A DNA stretch of 35,369 bases, from positions 1 through 35,369 of the forward strand of contig NW_021831970.1 of NCBI RefSeq assembly GCF_006345805.1. Reading direction: 5' to 3'. Positions 22,705 through 33,850 of the stretch are shown here, in pieces. Both the position numbers and the translations under genes were made by a program. The notes beneath the pieces are model-generated. The model was not told the DNA's origin. It saw only the letters and a list, made by a program, of their open reading frames with translations, and did no database searches. The first letter of the stretch is position 1. Each line of letters opens with the position of its first letter. Source of the DNA: Octopus sinensis (taxonomy: Eukaryota).

Positions 22705-23237
22705 ATTCTTTTCTACTCTTGGCACAAGACCTGAAACTTTTGGGATGGATGCCAGTTGATTAGATCGACCCCAGTATGCAACTGGTACTTAATTCATTGA
22801 CCTGAAAAGGATGAATGGCAAAGTCAACCTCAGCAAAATTTGAACTCATAACGTAAAGACAGACAAAATACCTATTTCTTTACTACCCACAAGGGGCTAA
22901 ACACAGGACAAACAAGGACAGACAAAGGAATTAAGTCGATTACATCGACCCCAGTGCGTAACTGGTACTTAATTTATCGACCTCGAAAGGATGAAAGGCA
23001 AAGTCGACCTCGGCGGAATTTGAACTCAGAACGTAACGGCAGACGAAATACCTATTTCTATACTACCCACAAGGGGCTGAACACAGAGGGGACAAACAAG
23101 GACAGACAAACGGATTAAGTCGATAACATCGACCCCAGTGCGTAACTGGTACTTAATTTATCGACCCCGAAAGGACATAACAGCAGACGAAATACCGCGA
23201 AACATTTCACCTGGCATGCTAACGTTTCTGCCAGCTC
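22705..23237 (-). mobile_element. SINE family B multimer
   Basis: 180-bp body repeats (ctacccacaagggg at 22883 and 23063) with the same aaatacctatttc junction. Confidence 0.85.
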
Positions 23238-23313
23238 TGATGAAGCTAAAAGACGTTATTCTGGCACTCAACTAGGAGCCCACTGCATCTGATAGTCGAA
23301 ACAGCTGTAAGCT
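23233..23313 (+). ncRNA. Minimal type I hammerhead fold with long loop II
   Basis: agct-CTGATGA-agcta...tagtc-GAAA-cag-ctG-TA-agct; palindromic stem III, GUA triplet, imperfect base of stem II. Confidence 0.6.
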
Positions 23314-23580
23314 AATGAACTTCAAAACATAACTATCACATTTTCCGTGTCATCTCCTTTTCTCATATACGTATGTGTGTATGTATACATAGGGGTCAAG
23401 CACTTAAGCACAACTGTAGGTGAGTGCAGTTGAAATTTCATTACTCTTATACCTTTGTTAGTCAGTGAATATTAATAGGACACCTACTACAGATGATTTC
23501 ATAACATGGAACACTTCTGACTTAACAAAATATACAAGCTAACTAAATTCTTTCTACCTTGCTAATGACTGCACACTTAC

Positions 23581-23612
23581 ACGAAACCCGAGATCATGTT
23601 GTCTGAAAAGAA
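23581..23612 (-). CDS. Putative internal coding exon FFSDNMISGF(V); 5' boundary uncertain (23602, 23612 or 23669)
   Basis: Donor gtaagt at 23580; ends in phase 2 and joins 14631 as GTA; frame stays open upstream to 23669 (HSVYTQKYNYINRGCKHKQ). Confidence 0.55.
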
Positions 23613-23890
23613 CTGTTTGTGTTTACAACCACGGTTTATGTAATTATATTTTTGCGTGTATACTGAATGCTGTTTTCACATGACGGCATGGCTGTGTAGG
23701 TTAAGAAGTCACATTTTCGAAGCTTTTGGTTTTGGGTTCTGTCACACTTTGTGGCACCTTGGGTCAGTGTTCTCTTCTCCAGCCCCCCGTTGACCAATAC
23801 CTTAGGAGTGGATTTGGTACACAGAAAATGAAAGTAACTTGGTATGTGTGTGTGTCTGTGTGTCTTGTGTGAGTGTGTTTGTATCTCCTT

Positions 23891-24620
23891 ATCATCATCA
23901 TCATTTACCGTCCGCTTTCCATGCTAGCATGGGTTGGACGATTCGACTGAGGACTGGCGAGCCAGATGGCTGCACCAGACTCCAATCTTGATCTGGCACG
24001 GTTTCTACAGCTGGATGCCCTTCCTAACCCCAACCACTCCGAGAGTGTAGTGGGTACTTTTACGTGCCACCGACACCAGACTCCAATCTGATCTGGCAGA
24101 GTTTCTACAGCTGGATGCCCTTCCTAGCCCCAACCACTCCGAGAGTGTAGTGGGTGCTTTTACGTGCCACCGACACCAGACTCCAATCTGGTCTGGCAGA
24201 GTTTCTACAGCTGGATGCCCTTCCGAACCCCAACCACTCCGAGAGTGTAGTGGGTGCTTTTACGTGCCACCAACACCAGACTCCAATCTGATCTGGCAGA
24301 GTTTCTACAGCTGGATGCCCTTCCTAACACTAACACCCCGAGACACACGTAACCGACACCAAGAGTGTAGTGGTTGGTGGTCGTTTTTAAACGTGCCCCA
24401 GACACCAGACTCCAATCTGATCTGGCAGAGTTTCTACAGCTGGATGCCCTTCCTAACACTAACCACCCCGACAGTGTAGTGGGTGCTTTTACGTGCCACC
24501 GGCACGAGGGACAGTCAGGCTGTACTGGCAGTCACCATGCTGAAATGGTGTTTTTTATGTGCCACCTGCACAGTAGTCAGTCCAGCAGCACTGGCAACGA
24601 CCTCGCTCGAATGTTTTGTT
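23891..24620 (-). mobile_element. SINE-like family D with an internal 100-bp unit repeated 5 times
   Basis: caccagactccaatct at 23974, 24075, 24175, 24275, 24404; (GAT)n tail at 23891-23903. Confidence 0.85.
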
Positions 24621-25364
24621 CACGTGCCAAGAGCATCGTTGTCATACAAGCAGTGTTCTTAGTTTTCAAGCATCTGTGAGAACATATCCGGCCATGGGGG
24701 AAATGTTACCTTGCTTGGAAACCCATGAGAGTTAGTGACAGGAAGGCCATCCTGCCATGGTAAATTTGTGCCAATGAATTCTGTCTGACCCATGGAAACA
24801 TGGAAAAATGGACACTAAAATAATTATGATGCTGATGTGAAGGTGCATGGCTCAGTTTGACCAAGGCTGCACCAGACTCTAGTCTGATTTGGCATGGTTT
24901 CTGTGGTTGGGTGCCCTTCCTAATGCCAACCACTCTGAGAGAGTATTGGGTACTTTTATGTGCCACCGGTATCTACCATGATTGCAATTTTGCTCAGGTT
25001 GATGGGTCTTCCTCTCAAGCAAGGCTTGCTGCCAAAGGTCTCGCCCCTTGCCTCTGTGGGGTCGAACACTTGAAAGGAGCATAGCCACTTTGCCTGATGC
25101 TTGAAAAGTGCTTTCTACGTGCCACCGGCATAAGGGCCAGTAATGTAATACCAGCAACGGCCATGACTACGATTTCACTTGGCTTGACACATAGCCAAAG
25201 GTCTCGGTCATTAGTCATTGCCTCTGAGTGACCATGCTTCACCACCTCATCCCATGTCTTCCTATATCTAATATATATATAATATACATATATCATGTAT
25301 ATATATGTATATATATATAATAATAAATTGTCTCTAATTTAATTTATATAATATATATATATAT

Positions 25365-25406
<42 letters not shown>

Positions 25407-25436
25407 GTATATATATATATAAATATATATATATAT

Positions 25437-25625
25437 AAAGTTAATCCAAACAAGAAAACACAGAAAAAAAGAGAAAAAAACACAGCAACGTGAGGACGTG
25501 AAACAATTAAAGTATTATTGACGCTCAGGGAGGGAGGGTTTAACGTTTCGAGCGGAGCTCTTCGTCAAACAAGGAGAAGGAAAGATCCCAAGAAGGGAAG
25601 ACAGAGGAAAAAATATTTTTGCTGG
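25437..25625 (-). mobile_element. Penelope-like terminal element, homologue of 12885-13077, hammerhead fold at 25538-25570
   Basis: Minus strand gttTGACGA-a-gagc-tcc-gctc-GAAA-c-GTT-aaac; abuts (TA)n at 25265-25437. Confidence 0.6.
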
Positions 25626-25638
25626 TGGTGCTCAAGAG

Positions 25639-25682
<44 letters not shown>

Positions 25683-25927
25683 TATATACAAATTGAGATA
25701 GGGGTTGTAAATGCAACCCACCATGGGATAACATATATCCAATATACTGCTAGTGAGGTACCCAACAAAGTTAATACATAAATGTTAAGGATCGCATTTT
25801 GTATTATCTGGTGATTGAGTATTATCTGGTAATTGATATTTGATTTCAGTGTATTTCTCCATTTTCTTATTTTGTATTATATATTCATATATATATATTT
25901 TTAAAAATAAATATATATATATTTATA

Positions 25928-26342
25928 GGCGCAGGAGTGGCTGTGTGGTAAGTAGCTTGCTAACCAGCCACATGGTTCCGGGTTCAGTCCCACTGCATGG
26001 CATCTTGGGCAAGTGTCTTCTGCTATAGCCCCGGGCCGACCAATGCCTTGTGAGTGGATTTGGTAGACGGAAACTGAAAGAAGCCCGTCGTATATATGTA
26101 TATATATATATATATGTATGTGTGTGTTTGTGTGTCTGTGTTTGTCCCCCTAGCATTGCTTGACAACCAATGCTGGTGTGTTTATGTCCCCGTCACTAAG
26201 CGGTTCGACAAAAGAGGCCGATAGAATAAGTACTGGACTTACAAAGAATAAGTCCCGGGGTCGATTTGCTCGACTAAAGGCGGTGCTCCAGCATGGCCGC
26301 AGTCAAATGACTGAAACAAGTAAAAGAGTAAACGAGAGAGAG
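25928..26342 (+). mobile_element. SINE family A, full length
   Basis: Near-consensus copy. Confidence 0.9.
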
Positions 26343-26619
26343 TATATATATATGTATGCATGTATTTGTCATATATATGCACACACATACAAGCACATGT
26401 ATATATGTATGTATGTATCCATTTCCAGGTATTTTTGCATAAACACTTATAACAGCCACACACGCACACCTTTGTACACATCTCACTCTGTTGTATAAAT
26501 ATAACAACACACCTCTATATACACACTTCACCGTGTTCTATAAATACATGTCAGCCAATTCTCCACGCAATGGAGTTGAATTTCATCAAGGATTTCGGTG
26601 GTGTGATATTGCTGCTTGC

Positions 26620-28660
26620 CGATGGCGGCGGCGGAGGTGGTGCTGGTGGTAGTGATAATGGTGGTGGCGGCGGTGGTGGTGGTGGGGATGGTTGTGATGA
26701 TGGTTGTGTGGAGGTGGGTGAGTGTGGTAGTGGTGGTGGTGGTGGTGGTGTTGGTGGTAGTGGTGCTGGGGATGGTTGTGATGATGGTTGCGGGTGGAGG
26801 TGGGTGAGTGTGGTGGCAGTGGTGCTGGTGCTGGTGGTAGTGATAATGGTGGTGCCGAGGATGTACCTATTGTAGTGGTGGTGGTGGTGCTGGTGGTAGT
26901 GATAATGGTGGTGGTGGTGCCGAGGATGTACCTATTGTAGTGGTGGTGGTGGTGGTGGTGGTGCTGGTGGTAGTGATAATGGTGGTGGTGGTGCCGAGGA
27001 TGTACCTATTGTAGTGGTGGTGGTGGTGGTGGTGGTGCTGGTGGTAGTGATAATGGTGGTGGTGGTGCCGAGGATGTACCTATTGTAGTGGTGGTGGTGG
27101 TGGTGGTGGTGCTGGTGGTAGTGATAATGGTGGTGGTGGTGCCGAGGATGTGCCTATTTTAGTGGTGCTGGGGATGGTTGTGATGATGGTTGCGGGTGGA
27201 GGTGTGTGATGAAGGTGGGTGAGTATGGTAGTGGTGGTGGTGGTGTGAAGATGTTGCTCTGAAGATGATGGCATTGATGGTGGTGGTTGTGGTGTTAGTG
27301 ATGGTGATGATGATGATGATGATTGTGATTGTGGGGGGGTGATGGTGGTTGTGATGACGATGGCAGTGGTGGTTGTGGATCTGACGACAACGATGACAAT
27401 GATAGTGATGATGATGATGATGATGCTGATGGTGGTGGTGGTGGTGGTGATGTCTCTGATAATGATGGTGATGGAGATGAGCGGAGGAGGTGTGTTCATG
27501 TTGGTGGAGTGATGCTGCTTCTGTTGATGATGGTGGTGGTGGTGGTGGTGGTGGTGTAGGTATGGTGATGACGAAGGTGGATCGACCAACCCCACATAGC
27601 ATTGTTTTTGTTTGTTTGTTTGTTTGTTTGTTGCAGGTGGTGGTGGTTTCATGTTGAGAGTGATGATGATGATGATGATGATGACGATGTGGTGGTGATG
27701 GTGGCAGCAGAGATGAAGGTGACACTGTGATGTTGGTGGCGGGGATAAATTGCGGTGATGCTGTTGTTAGCAATGCTGTAGACACTGATGATGATGATGA
27801 TGTAGATGATGATAATGATGATGATGGTCATGGCATTGATGGAGCTGATGATGATGATGACGATAGCGATGAGGATGACGATGATGATAATGATATTAAT
27901 GATGGTGGCAATGATGATGACGGTGATGAAGATGATGATGATGATGATGATGGTGATGACGATAATGATAATGATGCTGATGATGACGGTGATGACGATA
28001 ACGATGATCATGATGATGACGATGGTCATGGTATTGATGGAGCTGATGATGATAGCGATGAGGATGATGATTATGATGACGATGATGACAATGATGTTAA
28101 TGATGGTGGCAATGATGATGATGATTATTATGATGAGGATGATGTTGAAGAGGATAATGATGATGGCAATGATGCTGGTGGTGGTGATGATGATGTGATG
28201 ATAATGATGATGGTGATGATTATGATGAGGATGATGATGACGATAATGACAGTGGTGATGGTGATGACAGTGATGATGATTATTATGATGAGGATGATGA
28301 TGTTGATGATGATGATGATGACGACAATGATGATGGTGGTGGTGATGATGATGTGATGATAATGATGATGGTGGTGGTGATGATGATGAAGATGATGATG
28401 ACGATAATGACAGTGATGATGATGATTATTATGATGAGGATGATGATGTTGAAGATGATGATGATGACGACAATGATGATGGTGGTGGTGATGATGTGAT
28501 GATAACGATTATGAAGGTGATGATTATGATGAAGATGATGATGACGATAATGACAGTGGTGATGGTGATGATGATGGTTGTTGTACAGTCAATGGTGATG
28601 ATGATGATAATGATGATGGTAATGAGAAGAATGTCGATTGTACTGATGGTGATGGTATTA
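26620..28660. repeat. 2-kb (GGT)n to (GAT)n low-complexity tract
   Basis: Direct inspection; gives poly-G/D/M/H/P ORFs in all frames. Confidence 0.95.
26827..27162. repeat. Minisatellite, 5 copies of 65-74 bp
   Basis: gccgaggatgtacctatt (last copy gccgaggatgtgcctatt) at 26854, 26919, 26993, 27067, 27141. Confidence 0.9.
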
Positions 28661-28772
28661 GTGTGACTATGGAAACATTTTGCCTGTCTTTGTATCATTC
28701 CCCTCATCCCTCGCCCTGGTGACAAATAAATGAAATCATCATCATCATCATCATTATTATTATTATTATTAT

Positions 28773-29125
28773 TCTTTTACTTGTTTCAGTCATTTGTCTG
28801 CAGCCATGCTGGAGCACTACCTTTTGTAGTCGAACAAATCGCCCCTAGGACGTATTCTTTGTAAGCCTAGTACTTATTATATCAGTCTCTTATGCCAACT
28901 TGCTAAGTTATGGGGATGTAAACACACCAACATTGGTCGTCAAATGATGATGGCGGGGGTGGGACAAACACACAGACACACACATATGTACATACATACA
29001 TATATATATATATATCACGTGATCAACCAGATCATCAGATGTTGTTACACATCGCTGGTCACAATGCGTTCGCATTGTTTTAGCCTTCGAATGACGCCAC
29101 CCCGCTGGCTAAGCGAGCAGGCCAT

Positions 29126-29166
<41 letters not shown>

Positions 29167-29325
29167 ATAGATGGGCTTCTTTCAGTTTCTGTCTACCAAA
29201 TCCGCTCAAAAAGCTTTGGTAGGTCTGAGGCTATAGTAGAAGAAACTTGCCAAAGGTGCCATGCAGTGGGACTGAACTCGGAATCATGTGTTTGGTAAGC
29301 AAGCTTCTTACTACACAGCCATGCC
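28773..29325 (-). mobile_element. Older SINE family A copy with a 109-bp insertion (29016-29124) in its (TA)n tract
   Basis: Both SINE halves flank an unrelated GC-richer segment containing the hairpin acaatgc-gttc-gcattgt. Confidence 0.8.
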
Positions 29326-29348
29326 TTATTATTATTATCATTAAGTCA

Positions 29349-29556
29349 CTGAGCTGGTAGAATCGTTAGCATGCTGGACAAAATGCTTAGCAGTATTTCG
29401 CCCGTTGCCACACTCTGAGTTCAAATTCCACCGAGGTCAACTTTGCCTTTTATCCTTTTGGGGTTGGTAAATTAAGTACCAGTTACGCACTGGGTCGATA
29501 TAATTGACTGGCCCCCTCCCCAAAATTTCAGGCCTTGTGCCTATAATAGAAAGTAT
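29349..29556 (+). mobile_element. SINE family B, monomer
   Basis: Head, core and ggccttgtgcctataatagaaag-(ATT) tail. Confidence 0.8.
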
Positions 29557-29569
29557 TATTATTTTAATT

Positions 29570-30835
29570 ATTGAGTGACAAAGCAATGGATATTTTACAC
29601 TGGGGTAAAATATACGAAGCCCAGTATACCCATCATGACTACCCATCTGACAAGTATACACCAGGTATTATTATTATTATTATTATCATTGAGTGAGAGA
29701 GCAGTTCATGCCATCAAAGTGACACTGGGGAAAAATATACAAAGCCCAGTATACCCATCATGAATACCCGTCTGATAAGGGTGCGCTAGGCACATGCATC
29801 ACAACCATATGTGCACATGGTGATCTCATATCAAAATAAACAGCACATGACTTTACAGGGGTGGGGGCAGTTAGAATTTTCTTCTGGTCGAGTAACCCAT
29901 CCTACTCAAAAGGTCCCCGAATAAGGATTGTTTAAGGATGTTGAACGAAACACCCATGTTTCCAGAGGTGAATTATTCAAACCCCCAAAAATCCCTCTCA
30001 AAACATGGCTATGATGCTCCCCGACTACTTCTGCTCGTGATCAGAGGTGCACATATCGTCAGCCACTAAGGGACATGGTCAACTGGTTACGGTCAAACAA
30101 CTGACAAGCAAATCTGTGGTATTGAGCAGAATATTTGCTGTAGGACATCTTTTATACCAAGACAAAACAATGTACATGATAACGCTTTCAATCAGTTAAG
30201 ATCAGAAGCCATGGGAGCCACTGCCTGGTACTGCATCAGGGCATGGATCCGTGAATAAAGGTTGTTTAAGGATGTTGAACAAACCACCCATGTTTCCAAA
30301 GGTAAATTATTAAAACCCCAAAAAATCCCTCTCAACACATGGCTATGATGCTCCCCCTGTACTTCTGCCTGTGATCAGAGATGCACATTTCATCTGCCAC
30401 TAAGGGACATGCTCAACTGGTTACAGTCAAGCAACTGACAAGCAAATCTGTGGTATTGAGCAGAATATTTGCTGTAGCCCATCTTTTATACCAAGACAAA
30501 ACAATGTACATGATAACGCTTTCAATCAGTTAAGATCAGAAGCCATGAGAGCCACTGCCTGGTACTGCATCAGGCCATGGATCCGTGAATAAAGGTTGTT
30601 TAAGGATGTTGAACAAACCACCCATGTTTCCAAAGGTAAATTATTAAAACCCCAAAAAATCCCTCTCAACACATGGCTATGATGCTCCCCCTGTACTTCT
30701 GCCTGTGATCAGAGATGCACATTTCATCTGCCACTAAGGGACATGCTCAACTGGTTACAGTCAAGCAACTGACAAGCAAATCTGTGGTATTGAGCAGAAT
30801 ATTTGCTGTAGCCCATCTTTTATACCAAGGCAAAA
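29570..30835 (-). mobile_element. Unclassified (AAT)n-tailed retroelement (family F) with 334-bp tandem duplications
   Basis: Main copy 29666-30244; repeated blocks start ggatccgtgaataaagg at 30245 and 30579; partial 3' copy at 29570-29665. Confidence 0.7.
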
Positions 30836-30848
30836 AGCATTATTATTA

Positions 30849-31227
30849 CTCTCTTCTACTCTTCTACTGGTTTCAGTCATTTGACTGTGGCAAATCGACC
30901 CCGGGACTTATTCTTTGTAAGCCCAGTACTTATTCTATCGGTCTCTTTTGCCGAACAGCTAAGTGACGGGGACGTAAACACACCAGCATCGGTTGTCAAG
31001 CAATGCTAGGGGGACAAACACAGACACACAAACATACACACAAATATATATATATACATATATACGACGGGCTTCTTTCAGTTTCCGTCTACCAAATCCA
31101 CTCACAAGGCATTGGTCAGCCTGGGGCTATAGTAGAAGACACTTGCCCAAGATGCCACGCAGTGGGACTGAACCCGGAACCATGCGGTTGGTTAGCAAGC
31201 TACTTACCACACAGCCACTCCTGCGCC
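30849..31227 (-). mobile_element. SINE family A
   Basis: Family A with a short internal deletion. Confidence 0.9.
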
Positions 31228-31256
31228 TATTATCATTATTATAATTATTTTATTAC

Positions 31257-31306
31257 CTGTTGCAATGCTTCTGGGTTATAATCTAGTGGAGATGAAATAG
31301 ATCCTT
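31257..31306 (-). CDS. Putative 50-nt internal coding exon: xGSISSPLDYNPEALQQ
   Basis: Acceptor agctttttgtag, donor CAG|gtaata; only the phase 1 to 0 reading is open; compatible with a phase-0 acceptor at 23612 or 23669. Confidence 0.45.
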
Positions 31307-31800
31307 CTACAAAAAGCTACTACAATTATCACGTTCATGTGCTCAACAAACAACCTGTTGTTATCTTTTCTTGAAATAAATTTTTACTCTGTCTTTCACA
31401 CACACACACACACACACTCTCTCTTTCGCATTGTATTTTATGCTTAACAACAACAACCTGTCATTAAAGTGAAAGTCTTTTTTTAAAGTATATGATGCCT
31501 TGTCTCTATGCTGGAAACACACACACACACAGAAATAGAAACACACACACACATACATACAGAGAAATATACACACACGCACACCAAAAAAATAACTATA
31601 CACAAAGACATATATATATATAGTTAATTTCTTTTAATTCTGTGTTGTATTTTGTTGACAGACTTGCACTTAAAATTCACACGTTTTTAATCTAAACTTG
31701 TTAGTTACTATCGTGACAACACTATCTATCTATCTAGCTATTTTTTACTTTCTTTCGCTGTATTTCTTTCTACACAACAACTTTTTCTCCTCCCCTTCTT

Positions 31801-32551
31801 AAATAATAATAATAATAATGAAATTATTGTATAGTGCTCAGGTGCACCACAACTTGTCAGAAAGTGCATATAAAGTACATGCAGTAATGTAGATATGTCT
31901 GGAAAGTGAACAGTGTATGAGTCAGATACATGCTTGTGTGTGTATGGAGGGAAGAAAATCAAGTGTAGTGTTGGCGAATCTCAGGAAGCATGGAAGTTTT
32001 GAAGGATGCAGTGCTCCGACAACTAACAACCGATGCCGGCAGTTTGTTCCATGCTTCAGCAACTCTCAGCGTGAAAAAATGTTTCCTAAAGTCATGGGAG
32101 CTGTGCTGTTTTCTTACTTTGTAAATATGTCCACGGGTGTTAGATGGGTGGAGTTTGAAGAGGTGCTCAGAGTTATTGTTTATACGATGGTTGATAATTT
32201 TATGGGTGTCTGCCAAGTCAGCTGCCAGACGTCGGAGTTTCAATGTGTCCATGCCCAGGGAAGTAAGGCGTTTAGGATATGGCAAATGCCTGATGGAGGG
32301 TATTCTTTTGTTTGCACGTCGCTGTTTTCTAAAGTCATGGGAGCTGGGCTGTTTTCTGACTTTGTAAATATGTCCACGGGTGTTAGATGGGTGGAGTTTG
32401 AAGAGGTGCTCAGAGTTATTGTTTGTGCGATGGTTGATAATTTTATGGGTGTCTGCCAAGTCAGCTGCCAGATGTCGGAGTTTCAGTGTGTCCATGCCCA
32501 GGGAAGTAAGGCGTTCAGGATATGGCAAATGCCTGATGGAGGGTATTCTTC
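31801..32551 (-). mobile_element. 5'-truncated CR1-clade LINE 3' end with a 243-bp in-frame duplication
   Basis: ORF 31959-32528 contains TRGHIYKV...RKHFFTLRVAEAWNKLPASVV...FK, the CR1 ORF2 C-terminus; 3' UTR ends in (ATT)n. Confidence 0.85.
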
Positions 32552-32696
32552 TAAATATTCCTCCCTCTAACAGATGTTGTGGCTGACAGACAGAGATCAG
32601 CTTCTCTTTTACAATATAAGATTCAAAAAGTATTACATGCTATATTAGTTAGCAAAGATGTTATCCTGAGCTTTTGTGACAGTAAGTCTTTTTAGA

Positions 32697-33105
32697 TACT
32701 CTTTTACTTGTTCCAGTCATTTGACTGTGGCCATGCTGGAGCACCGCCTATAGTCGAGCAAATCGACCCCGGGACTTATTCTTTGTAAGCCCAGTACTTG
32801 TTCTATCGGTCTCTTTTGTCGAACCGCTAAGTGACGGGGACGTAAACACACCAGCATCGGTTGTCAAGCAATGCTAGGGGGACAAACACAGACACACAAA
32901 CAAACATATACACACACATGCATATATATATATACATATATACGACAGGCTTCTTTCAGTTTCCGTCTAACAAATCCACTCACAAGGCATTGGTTGGCCC
33001 GGGGCTATAGCAGAAGACACTTGCCCAAGATGCCACGCAGTGGGACTGAACCCAGAACCATGTGGTTGGTTAGCAAGCTACTTACCACACAGCCACTCCT
33101 GCGCC
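32697..33105 (-). mobile_element. SINE family A, full length
   Basis: Near-consensus copy. Confidence 0.9.
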
Positions 33106-33107
33106 TA

Positions 33108-33725
33108 TCTCAAGATTCTGTCATAGATTCTTACAGAATATAGATTGCACTTTTCTGAAAGTCAGTAATGTTTGTCTCAGTTTTAATATCCTCCGGTTTT
33201 CGCGATAGCATTTTGGATGTGGTACCATGTGCACAAATTCTTACAGGATCAGTTGTTACTTTTGTGCTCTACAATCTCTTCAGCGGTCTGATATTTAGGT
33301 CCTGATAGTTCTCAATTTTTAGATATCCACTCTGCTATCATATGGTACTGCGAATTCTATGATCTTACACCGCTTATTTCTTTTGGATCCTATAATCATA
33401 TCTGGTCTTCTTACATGAAAAGTGTGGTCACCCCTTATAGAGAAACATCATAAATTCTGGCAATTATAATTCATTCTGACAGCTTCTGGCTTGTATATTT
33501 CTCTCACTTCAAATCTACAAACTTGGCCAACATCCCAATGCACTTTTATCAAAATAGTCGTGTCTAGCCTTATACTCTTTTTGTGATAGCTCACTGCACT
33601 CACTCAAAAGATTGCTAACAATTTTGTTTCCATTACCACACATTCTGCACTGGTTGTCTGCATTTTATCAACTCTTATCTTAATGAAATTCATTCTAATG
33701 TCTTATTCCTGGGCAGCTGTAAATC
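33108..33725 (-). pseudogene. Decayed R4/Dong-like LINE: CCHC knuckle and restriction-like endonuclease
   Basis: Across frameshifts: AAQE*DIRMN, CRMCGNGNKIVSNLLSECSELSQKEYKARHD, VHWD, RRPDMII...KIIEFAVPYD, KYQ, FQKSA. Confidence 0.75.
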
Positions 33726-33850
33726 ATGGTTCAGAGGTGATGAGTGAGAGATGACATTTTCATTTTTCTGCTAAGAGGTGGGGAGTGATAAAAATACATA
33801 CCAATAATATACGAAGGTCAATATAATCATATAAGTGATATAATCAACTA

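Noticed and set aside
26530-26625. Extra minus-strand exon candidate (QYHTTEILDEIQLHCVENWLT)
   Set aside because: Weak splice sites; not needed for phase compatibility; left uncalled pending RNA data
27080-28725. Asp-rich, His-rich or Pro-rich protein gene
   Set aside because: Open in multiple frames on both strands as expected for (GAT)n/(GGT)n; frame is broken by 74-bp units and indels
30180-30244. U2 snRNA gene or pseudogene
   Set aside because: Only two short loose matches; branch-pairing region, Sm site and most stems are absent
3109-33143. Recurrent ORFs ...RRASFSFRLPNPLTRHWSARGYSRRHLPKMPRSGTEPGTMWLVSKLLTTQPL as a gene family
   Set aside because: Antisense translation of the SINE A head
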